Source of the DNA: Thiomicrorhabdus sp.
GTDB lineage: Bacteria; Pseudomonadota; Gammaproteobacteria; Thiomicrospirales; Thiomicrospiraceae
Assembly (NCBI GenBank): GCA_963677355.2
Contig: CAXXXQ010000003.1
Span: forward strand, 322,364 to 386,363
Reading direction: 5' to 3'
DNA: 64,000 bases
Part shown: positions 56,485 to 64,000 of the stretch, piece after piece
Position numbering within the stretch: position 1 is the stretch's first letter
Layout: each line of letters starts with the position of its first letter
Notes under the pieces: generated by a model
Told to the model about the DNA's origin: nothing
The model's input: the letters and a program-made list of their open reading frames with translations, nothing else
Database searches by the model: none
Translations under genes and position numbers: made by a program

Positions 56485-59334
56485 ATGTTTGTCAGTATCC
56501 GCTGGAAGGCCATATTTTTATTAAGCGTGATTATGCTTTTGGTCACGCTGGCTTGGGTTGGCCGCAGCGTTTACCATGATCTTCTGACTTACCGGGAAGC
56601 GATTCGGGAGGATCAGGATCGCTATCAAAATACGCTCGACCAACTCATCAACGACAATTTCCTCAAACTCTCCCAGTATGGGCAGTTGATAGGGGATTAT
56701 GGCTTTATCAAATCCGCTAACCGATATGCGGAACCTAATATTTTACAAGAGCAGCTTTCGGCCAAATGGTTTGATCTGAACCTGAATATCGGAGTCGATT
56801 ATATTTCTGTAATGAACGACGAGGGGGAGTCGATCGTCAGTGCCCATCAATTTGTCGATCAGTCGGCGTTACAGCGTTTTCACAATGCATTAGATCTGTT
56901 TTCCAACAATTTACAAGAGGACTGGGTCAAGAAAATCGTTTATTGCGATAGCCACTGTTCGCAAGTGGTTTCGGAACCTTTCTTTTTTGCCGACGGTAGC
57001 AAAGGCCACATTGTTATCGGCCAGAATATGACCGATCTGGTTTCTCGCTACCATGCCATCAGCGAGGCGAATATTGCGGTGTTGATTCACCAACCCAAGA
57101 CTCGGCAAACACCGTTTTATATCGATAATTGGCAAGCTAGATTGTGGGCGGCCAATGACTTTCAAAATACGTTGGATTTATTGGGGACAATCAGTAGCAA
57201 GCAGAGCAATGTCAATAACATCTATTTCGATGACTCGTTATGGAATATTTGGCGTAGCGAATATCGCGTTAATAAGCTGCTGCCGCGTAACTATTTTCAA
57301 GTCGGTTCACCGGCTATTTACGTCAATATTATCGATAACGGCGAACAGAAAGTTTTAGTTAAGCAAGAGCTGATCAATCAGGTTTTGGCTGGCTTGCTGG
57401 CTTGGTTATTTGCCGTGACGTTGATTGTTATGGCGCTTTTGGGACCTATTCAGCGTATTCTGCGAGTGGTTCAAGTCATGGCGTTACTGCCAAAACAGCA
57501 ATTTGATCAGGTTAGAAAGAATTTTGCGGTGAAAAAGGCGGCCACTCGTGACGAACTGACCGAGTTGGAAAACAGTACTTTGTTGCTAACGGACAATCTT
57601 GAGGCTTTGCAAGATCAGGTCGAGAGCACTAATGACCAGTTACGGGAACAGATATTAACCGTTACCCGCTCCAAAGACTTCTTGCAGCGCTTGTTCGACA
57701 ATGCCAATCTGTTTATTCTCACTCAAGACACCTTTTACCGTTTCACCCAAAGTAACGCTTTTTTTGACCACTATTTCATGACCGAACAGCAAAAGGCTTT
57801 TGTCGATTTGTTAATTGATGATGCCGATAGGAACGAGTTGATTCAGAAGAGTGTGGACCTGTTGGCGCAGAAAATCGCTAGCTTTCAACAGGAAGTGTGG
57901 ATGAAAACGAAAGGCAACCAGCTCTTGATGGTGGCTTGGACTCATACTTTGGTGGCGAGTGAAAACGGCGTTAACCAGATTCTGTCGATCGGTATCGATA
58001 TTACTCAGCGAAAGCAAGATGAGCATGCGCTACAGTGGTTGGCGAATAACGACAGTTTGACGCAGATCGGCAACCGTCGGGTATTTCATGCCACTTTGGA
58101 AAAAATGTTGGCGCAAAAAAGTGAAGGCGCCGTGGTCTTTATCGATGTCAATCGTTTCAAACAGATTAATGATATTTACGGCCACTTGGTCGGTGATCAG
58201 GTATTGATTGAAATTGCCGACAAGTTAAAAAGTCATGTACGTGAAAAAGATTTGGTATGCCGCTTGGCCGGGGATGAATTTACGCTGATTTTGGCCGGTG
58301 TAAATCAAAAATCGCTGCAAAAAATACTGATTCAACTCGCTTCACACTTGAGCGGTACTTTGGTGTTGGATGATGAGCGTAGAGTTGACTATACCGCCAG
58401 CTTAGGGGCGGCACTGTTCCCCGAACACGGCGAAGATCCGCAAACGCTGATTGTGCATTCGGATATGGCGATGTATCAAGCGAAAAAGAAAGGCCTGAAC
58501 CACTGGCATATTTTTGATTTTGGTGATGATTCTTTACAAGAGCAGAAGGATGAACACCGTTTGATGGCTACCTTGCGTAAAGCCTTGCAAGAGAATTTGT
58601 TTGAACTGAAATTGCAGCCGATTATGTCGATAGCCACTAAAGAGATCAGCCACTATGAAGTGCTGTTGAGGTTGAAAGACGAAGACGGTAATGTCATTTC
58701 GCCCGGTAGTTTTATTCCGGTTGCCGAGAGGGTTGGTCTGATCAATGAACTGGATACTTGGGTGGTGACTAATATCTTCGAAAAAATCAAAGAGTGTGGC
58801 CCGGAGCGAACCGGTTCGATTAAGTTTTCGATCAATATTTCCGCGCCGAGTTTGCAGGACCAGTATTTCGCCAATAAGATTTTTATGTTGAGCCAGCAGC
58901 ATGATATTGAACCGGATAGGTTTATTATCGAATTGACCGAAACCGCGTATATCGATAATTTAGATCAGGTATTGAAGAATCTGAATTATTTGCACGAGCA
59001 AGGTTTTGCCATTGCATTGGATGACTTCGGTGTCGGTTTTTCTTCGTTCAGTTACATGAAAAAACTGCCGTTAAGTTATATCAAACTGGACGGTTCTTAC
59101 ATAAAAGACCTGTGCGAAAACGAGAAAAACCGCGCCTTTATCGAAAGTGTGGTGATTATGGCCAAGGCGTTTAATATGTTGACCATCGCCGAATATGTGC
59201 AGGACGTGAATACGCTCAATATTCTGGAAGAGATCGGCGTCGACTATGCACAAGGTTATTTGATCGGTAGAGCCGAACCGCAGATTCTATCCAGTGAGCA
59301 GGTGCAATTTGTTCAGCAAAGTTTCGAGTATTAA
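56485..59334 (+). CDS. membrane sensor with periplasmic domain, PAS, degenerate GGDEF (AGDEF) and EAL domains
   Basis: TM1 at aa 8-28, a roughly 270-aa periplasmic region, TM2, a coiled coil and PAS. The GGDEF domain reads REKD-LVCRL-AGDEF (I-site present, A-site degenerate). The EAL domain has EVLLRL, ELTE, DDFGVGFSS, KLDGSY and QGYLIGR. Confidence 0.9.
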   Translation: MFVSIRWKAIFLLSVIMLLVTLAWVGRSVYHDLLTYREAIREDQDRYQNTLDQLINDNFLKLSQYGQLIGDYGFIKSANRYAEPNILQEQLSAKWFDLNLNIGVDYISVMNDEGESIVSAHQFVDQSALQRFHNALDLFSNNLQEDWVKKIVYCDSHCSQVVSEPFFFADGSKGHIVIGQNMTDLVSRYHAISEANIAVLIHQPKTRQTPFYIDNWQARLWAANDFQNTLDLLGTISSKQSNVNNIYFDDSLWNIWRSEYRVNKLLPRNYFQVGSPAIYVNIIDNGEQKVLVKQELINQVLAGLLAWLFAVTLIVMALLGPIQRILRVVQVMALLPKQQFDQVRKNFAVKKAATRDELTELENSTLLLTDNLEALQDQVESTNDQLREQILTVTRSKDFLQRLFDNANLFILTQDTFYRFTQSNAFFDHYFMTEQQKAFVDLLIDDADRNELIQKSVDLLAQKIASFQQEVWMKTKGNQLLMVAWTHTLVASENGVNQILSIGIDITQRKQDEHALQWLANNDSLTQIGNRRVFHATLEKMLAQKSEGAVVFIDVNRFKQINDIYGHLVGDQVLIEIADKLKSHVREKDLVCRLAGDEFTLILAGVNQKSLQKILIQLASHLSGTLVLDDERRVDYTASLGAALFPEHGEDPQTLIVHSDMAMYQAKKKGLNHWHIFDFGDDSLQEQKDEHRLMATLRKALQENLFELKLQPIMSIATKEISHYEVLLRLKDEDGNVISPGSFIPVAERVGLINELDTWVVTNIFEKIKECGPERTGSIKFSINISAPSLQDQYFANKIFMLSQQHDIEPDRFIIELTETAYIDNLDQVLKNLNYLHEQGFAIALDDFGVGFSSFSYMKKLPLSYIKLDGSYIKDLCENEKNRAFIESVVIMAKAFNMLTIAEYVQDVNTLNILEEIGVDYAQGYLIGRAEPQILSSEQVQFVQQSFEY

Positions 59335-59366
59335 TTCGCTCTAATCTGCTTGTTATCATTTTCCTA

Positions 59367-62300
59367 TCATTTTTCGCGACTGCCATAGCCGCCTCCGCCA
59401 GGAGTTTTGATGATCAGCTTATCGCCCGTCTGAAAATATTCGCTGAAGGTGCTGGGCAGAGCCTGCTCTGCACCTGATTCGGAAATCTTGTGCTGTGAGC
59501 CGCATTTGCCGTTTTCGCCACCGGCTAGCCCGTAAGGCGGAATAATGCGGTGATTGGTCAGCATGGAAACCGTCATCGGTTTCAAGAAAGTAAAATGGCG
59601 TTCACAGCCGTTGCCGCCGTTATGAACGCCTTGGCCACCGCTGTCGGCGTGAATGGAGAACTGCTCGAGTCTCACCGGATAGCGAAGTTCCAGCACTTCC
59701 GGGTCGGTTAAACGGGAATTGGTCATGTGGCTATGAACCGCATCGTGACCATGGTAATCTCGACCGGCACCGGTTCCGCCACAGATGGTTTCATAGTACT
59801 GCCAGTTGTCATCACCGAAGGTTAGGTTGTTCATGGTTCCCTGAGAAGCGGCCTGTACTTGTAAGGCGCCATAAAGTGCATCGGTTACCACTTGGGAGGT
59901 TTCGACATTTCCGGCCACGACTGCCGCCGGAAAACTCGGTTTTAGCATTGATCCTTCGGCGACGATGAGTTCAATCGGTCTCAAGAAACCGTCATTCAAT
60001 GGAATTGGTTGATCGACCAAAGTACGCAGCACATAGAGGGTGGCGGCACGGGTGATGGCGTAGGGGGCATTGAAGTTATTCGCCTGCTGCGGACTGGTGC
60101 CACTGAAATCGATTGTGGCGGTTTGCGTTTGCGGATGCGGCGTGACCTTGACTTTGATTTGTGTACCTTGGTCGGTCGGGTAACAGAATTCGCCTTGTGT
60201 CAGTTTAGGAATCAGGGATTTGACCGCATTCTCGGCATGATCCAGCACATGATTCATGTAGCTGCAGACTGTTTGCAAACCGTAATCCTGGCAGAGTGAT
60301 TGCAAGCCGGCAATGCCTTGTTGGTTCGCGGCAATTTGCGCTTGTAGATCATTCAGATTTTGGGTCAGGTTGCGTACCGAGTATTTCGCGCCGGTAAAGG
60401 CCTCGGTTAAAGTTTGGGTTTGGAGAACACCTGCTTTCACGGCCAGCAGGCAATCCAGCAGAACACCTTCCTGTTCAATATGCACACTGTCGGCCGGCAT
60501 GGAACCGGGGGTCAGTCCGCCAACATCAGCATGATGGCCGCGGGATGCGACATAAAATTCGGTTTGCTTATTAATCACCACCGGCGAAATCAAGGTGATG
60601 TCAGGCAAGTGGGTACCGCCTGCATAAGGGTTATTGAGCGCATAGGCATCGCCTTCCTGAAGCAGTGGAATCTCTCCATTGGCTTCGCGTTGGATGACGG
60701 TTTTAACCGATTCGCCCATCGAGCCCAAATGTACCGGAACGTGCGGCGCATTGGCAATTAACTGACCTTGTTTATCAAACAGAGCGCAAGAGAAATCTAG
60801 GCGTTCTTTGATATTCACCGAATGAGCGGTTTTCGCCAAGGTAGCCCCCATCTGTTCGGCAATCGCCATAAAGCGGTTATTGAACAGCGCAAGCTGAATC
60901 GGATCGGCATGTTGTTCTGCTGTTTTTTCGATAGAGTCGCTGCTGGTTTTAGCGGCAGATGCCCCCAGCGATTTTTGCAACAGCAGCTGACTGTCTGATA
61001 GCAATTTGGCTTGCCAGTCCGGGGCAATAAATAGGGTGCCGGTTGCTTCCAATATCAAAGCCGGGCCTGAGATTGTATGACTCTGGTTGAGCTGTTCGCG
61101 TTGATAGACAGGAATCTCGCGCCACTCGCCATTGATATAGGTCTCAGCTATATCTATCGAACCGAGCTCGCCAGAACTATTCAACGGTGGATCGCTTTGC
61201 TCGGAATGGGCTGCGGAAACCGCTTCCACACTGATACTATTAATCATGATCGCGGTGTTTTGCTGGATAAAACCGAATTGCTGTTGATGGAGCAGAGCGA
61301 ATTCCGCTGCATACTCCTGCTCGGTTTTCTCCGCTTGGTAGCTGATATCCAGCAGGGTGTCACTACCTTGATAATGCAGATGCAGAGTGGTTAGCAGTTC
61401 AGCGACTTGCTCGTTTTGTTGTTCGATATTGGCGACGGCCAGTTCAGCTTGTTGAGCCATTCCATGCAGAACTACTGACGACTTTAGTTGGTTGATCGGT
61501 ACCGCATAGGAACGGGTTTCAATGACGCGTTTCTGTGCCAGTCCCATACCGTATGCGGATAAAACCCCGGAATAAGGGTGTAGTAGAACCTGGTTGATTC
61601 CCAGCTTTTCGGCTACCGCGCAGGCGTGTTGTCCTCCGGCGCCGCCAAAGCTGATTAAGGTGTAATCCTTTAGGTCATAGCCGCGTTGGGTTGATATTTT
61701 GCGCACCGCATTGGCCATGTTTTCAACCGCGATATCCAGAGCGCCTTCGGCCAGTTCGGTCGCCGGCTTATTGAGCTTGGAAGAGAGTTCCGAGAAAGCG
61801 CCTTTGACCGCATCAATATCCAGCGGCTGGTCAGCATTTTCGCCGAATACTTTGGGGAAAAAACGACTCTGTATTCTGCCCAGCAATAGATTGCAATCGG
61901 TGACGGTTAATGGTCCGCCACGTCGGTAGGCGGCTGGCCCCGGATTAGCCCCAGCCGATTCAGGCCCGACCCGCAGTTCATTGCCTAATGTTTGTAGGAT
62001 GGAACCGCCTCCGGCGGCCACGGTGTGAATGTCGAGCATTGGCACCCGCATTTCGATTCCGGCGACTTGCGTTTCGAAACTGCGTTCATATTGCCCGGCA
62101 TAATGGGAGACGTCTGTAGAGGTGCCTCCCATGTCGAAGCCGATAATTTGTTTGAAACCGGCACTTTGCGCAGTTTTGACCGCAGCGACAATACCGCCGG
62201 CCGGCCCGGATAAGATGGCGTCTTTGCCTTGAAATTGCTCGGCATTGGTCAAACCGCCGTGGGATTGCATGAACTGTAGGTCCACACCGGGTAAGGCGCT

Positions 62301-63008
62301 GGCGACCTGACGTACATAACGTTGCAGAATCGGGCTTAAATAGGCGTCCACCACGGTGGTGCGGCCACGTGAAACATATTTGATCAAAGCCGAGGTTTGC
62401 TGCGACGTGGAAATCTGCTCAAAACCGACCTCTTCTGCCCATATGGCAACTTGGCGTTCATGCTCGGGATTCAAGTAGGCGTGTAACAGTACAATGGCAA
62501 TAGCACGGTATCCCTGCTGTTTTAATTGCCGTAGTTGAGATTTAGTGTGCGCTTCATCCAAGGCTTCAATTTCATGGCCTTGGGCATCAAGGCGGCCTTT
62601 AATTTCAATCGCCTCGGCATACAAAGGTTTGGGGGTCTGTATGTTTAACGCGAAAATATCCGGACGGTTTTGGTAGCCGATTTGCAGAGCCTGACTGAAA
62701 CCGCGGTTAGTCACCAGCGCGACCGCTTCGCCTTTGCGCTCAAGTAATGCATTGGTGGCAACAGTTGTCCCCATTTTGACGACACGAATTTTCTCGGTTG
62801 GAATGGCCTCTTCGCGGCCAACTTTGAGAAAGTGACGAATTCCGGCAATGGCGGCATCCGGATACTGCTCCGGATTTTCCGAGAGCAGTTTATGCGTGTG
62901 TAACCGGTTTTGCGGATCGACGGCAATGATATCGGTAAAGGTGCCACCGCGATCGATCCAGAATTGCCACTGCGATGCTGAGGAATGCGTTTCGGTTTGG
63001 TCAGTCAT
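59367..63008 (-). CDS. fused hydantoinase A/B family enzyme, 5-oxoprolinase (ATP-hydrolysing) type
   Basis: 1213 aa. N-terminal HyuA-like part ([21 protein letters not shown]) and C-terminal HyuB-like part (GGGGYG near the end). Confidence 0.9.
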   Translation of the reverse strand: MTDQTETHSSASQWQFWIDRGGTFTDIIAVDPQNRLHTHKLLSENPEQYPDAAIAGIRHFLKVGREEAIPTEKIRVVKMGTTVATNALLERKGEAVALVTNRGFSQALQIGYQNRPDIFALNIQTPKPLYAEAIEIKGRLDAQGHEIEALDEAHTKSQLRQLKQQGYRAIAIVLLHAYLNPEHERQVAIWAEEVGFEQISTSQQTSALIKYVSRGRTTVVDAYLSPILQRYVRQVASALPGVDLQFMQSHGGLTNAEQFQGKDAILSGPAGGIVAAVKTAQSAGFKQIIGFDMGGTSTDVSHYAGQYERSFETQVAGIEMRVPMLDIHTVAAGGGSILQTLGNELRVGPESAGANPGPAAYRRGGPLTVTDCNLLLGRIQSRFFPKVFGENADQPLDIDAVKGAFSELSSKLNKPATELAEGALDIAVENMANAVRKISTQRGYDLKDYTLISFGGAGGQHACAVAEKLGINQVLLHPYSGVLSAYGMGLAQKRVIETRSYAVPINQLKSSVVLHGMAQQAELAVANIEQQNEQVAELLTTLHLHYQGSDTLLDISYQAEKTEQEYAAEFALLHQQQFGFIQQNTAIMINSISVEAVSAAHSEQSDPPLNSSGELGSIDIAETYINGEWREIPVYQREQLNQSHTISGPALILEATGTLFIAPDWQAKLLSDSQLLLQKSLGASAAKTSSDSIEKTAEQHADPIQLALFNNRFMAIAEQMGATLAKTAHSVNIKERLDFSCALFDKQGQLIANAPHVPVHLGSMGESVKTVIQREANGEIPLLQEGDAYALNNPYAGGTHLPDITLISPVVINKQTEFYVASRGHHADVGGLTPGSMPADSVHIEQEGVLLDCLLAVKAGVLQTQTLTEAFTGAKYSVRNLTQNLNDLQAQIAANQQGIAGLQSLCQDYGLQTVCSYMNHVLDHAENAVKSLIPKLTQGEFCYPTDQGTQIKVKVTPHPQTQTATIDFSGTSPQQANNFNAPYAITRAATLYVLRTLVDQPIPLNDGFLRPIELIVAEGSMLKPSFPAAVVAGNVETSQVVTDALYGALQVQAASQGTMNNLTFGDDNWQYYETICGGTGAGRDYHGHDAVHSHMTNSRLTDPEVLELRYPVRLEQFSIHADSGGQGVHNGGNGCERHFTFLKPMTVSMLTNHRIIPPYGLAGGENGKCGSQHKISESGAEQALPSTFSEYFQTGDKLIIKTPGGGGYGSREK

Positions 63009-63075
63009 GTCAAATGGGTACGTTATGAATAAATAGCGTTATTATCCAGTGTCAAGCGTTTAGGGTAAAGGCGGG

Positions 63076-63115
63076 TTTGTGCAATTATTTGTGCAATAAT
63101 TATTTGTGCAATAAT
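63076..63115. repeat. tandem direct repeat in the divergent promoter region: three TTTGTGCAAT cores, two overlapping copies of an 18-mer
   Basis: TTTGTGCAAT occurs at 63076, 63088 and 63103. AATTATTTGTGCAATAAT occurs at 63083..63100 and again at 63098..63115 (period 15). Confidence 0.85.
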
Positions 63116-63164
63116 AGGCGCTAATACTAATCCATTCATCCTCGCCGATAGAGTACCAACAGAA

Positions 63165-64000
63165 ATGAATTCGCCAAGTAGTCAAACCGCGGCACCTGAC
63201 AATAGAGTCAAGCCGGGATTTCTTAACTTAATCAAACAGGTCAGCAACTGGCGCTTGTGGCGTGCGGTTTTCGATACTTTTCATAGTCGTCAAGGCATGG
63301 ATGCCGTCGCTATTCTGGCGTACACCTCCTTGGTGGGCATTGTGCCGATGTTGGCAGTTATGCTCGGTCTGTTTTCTGTTTCCAGTTATTTTGCCTCTTT
63401 TGAACAGCTGATTATGGAGCAGGTGGTCAGCAATTTGATGCCGGAATCGCATCCTGTTATTGAAGAGTATCTGCTCAAGTTTTCCGTGCAAGCTGCCAAG
63501 CTAAAAGGCCCGGGATTGGCGGTCATGTTGGTGACGACGCTGATGCTGCTGTGGAAGGTGGATCAGAAAATCAACGGTATGTGGTCGGAACGTTTGCAAC
63601 GCAAATGGTGGGTCAGCCTGTTGCACTATCTTGGCGTCAGTCTGTTGGGACCAATTTTGTTGGGGTTGAGTTTGGTCATCAGTTCTTCCCTGCTGGCGTT
63701 ACCGCTTTTTATCGAAACCACGCCTTGGATCGAGAAACTGTTTTTCGGTATGAAAGTGGTGCCGCTGGTGTTAGCTTGGCTTGGCTTTACGGCGCTGTAT
63801 AAATTGGTGCCGATTGCCAAAGTGCCTTTTAAAATTGCTTTTATCGCCGGCTTTTTTGCCATGTTTGAACTGGAATTGCTGAAATCCGGTTTTGCCCTCT
63901 ATGTCGAATGGTTTCCGACTTATGCATTGGTTTACGGCGCTTTTGCAGCTATTCCTCTGTTTCTGTTATGGCTCTACTCGTTATGGTTTATCGTGATTTG
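63165..64000 (+). CDS. yihY: YihY/BrkB (virulence factor BrkB / former RNase BN) family membrane protein, 3' end outside the window; not in the ORF track
   Basis: Hand translation from the ATG at 63165 is open to the window end: MNSPSSQTAAPDNRVKPGFLNLIKQVSNWRLWRAVFDTFHSRQGMDAVAILAYTSLVGIVPMLAV... This gives the typical YihY topology and motifs (LAYTSL..IVP, YGAFAAIPLFLLWLY). Confidence 0.85.
   Translation, partial: MNSPSSQTAAPDNRVKPGFLNLIKQVSNWRLWRAVFDTFHSRQGMDAVAILAYTSLVGIVPMLAVMLGLFSVSSYFASFEQLIMEQVVSNLMPESHPVIEEYLLKFSVQAAKLKGPGLAVMLVTTLMLLWKVDQKINGMWSERLQRKWWVSLLHYLGVSLLGPILLGLSLVISSSLLALPLFIETTPWIEKLFFGMKVVPLVLAWLGFTALYKLVPIAKVPFKIAFIAGFFAMFELELLKSGFALYVEWFPTYALVYGAFAAIPLFLLWLYSLWFIVI

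Noticed and set aside
59367-63008. Link between the 5-oxoprolinase gene and the gshA-gshB genes as a gamma-glutamyl cycle cluster
   Set aside because: The genes are more than 30 kb apart with many unrelated genes between them. There is no evidence of co-regulation from the sequence.
63076-63115. Possible CRISPR or mobile-element end
   Set aside because: The units are only 10-18 bp, directly abutting with no spacers, there are only three cores, and there are no cas or transposase genes. I treated it as a promoter-region tandem repeat instead.

Overview
About 64 kb of chromosomal DNA with gammaproteobacterial gene content and order. I support about 60 protein-coding genes, one tRNA, several intrinsic terminators and a few promoter or operator candidates. 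I recognised no rRNA, CRISPR array, transposase, integrase or phage genes. Most of the window is housekeeping backbone. (1) rlmI, lptM-lysA and feoABC. (2) metW-metX-yggT-proC ... yggS ... pyrC'-pyrB-pyrR-ruvX-yqgE ... gshB-gshA, an order I recall from Pseudomonas. (3) metK-metF-rsmE and purE-purK. (4) nnr, uppP ... folB/plsY, tsaD and rpsU-yqeY-dnaG-rpoD followed by a tRNA-Ile2(CAU)-like gene, an order I recall from E. coli. (5) ctp, a DJ-1 family gene, a fused 5-oxoprolinase/hydantoinase and a 3'-truncated yihY. The more interesting material sits where this backbone is interrupted. It comprises two paralogous PilZ-like proteins whose RxxxR and NxSxxG motifs are about 200 residues apart, with a 142-aa partner ORF. 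There is a Calx-beta plus five-CxxCH lipoprotein cytochrome between proC and yggS. There is a tandem pair of small FliG-C-domain-like proteins between uppP and folB. There is a tightly packed operon of a small periplasmic-binding-like protein, an outer-membrane beta-barrel and a membrane GGDEF-EAL sensor. An ArsR-family regulator has the two-Cys spacing of BigR/SqrR persulfide sensors. The window also has a PAS-domain gene relic, a structured metK leader and a 15-bp tandem repeat in a divergent promoter. c-di-GMP-related genes look dense: 3 GGDEF/EAL proteins, 2 PilZ-like proteins and 1 HDOD protein. I found no clear-cut new multi-gene system such as a defence island. All functional calls come from reading motifs in the translations. 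No database search or folding computation was run.
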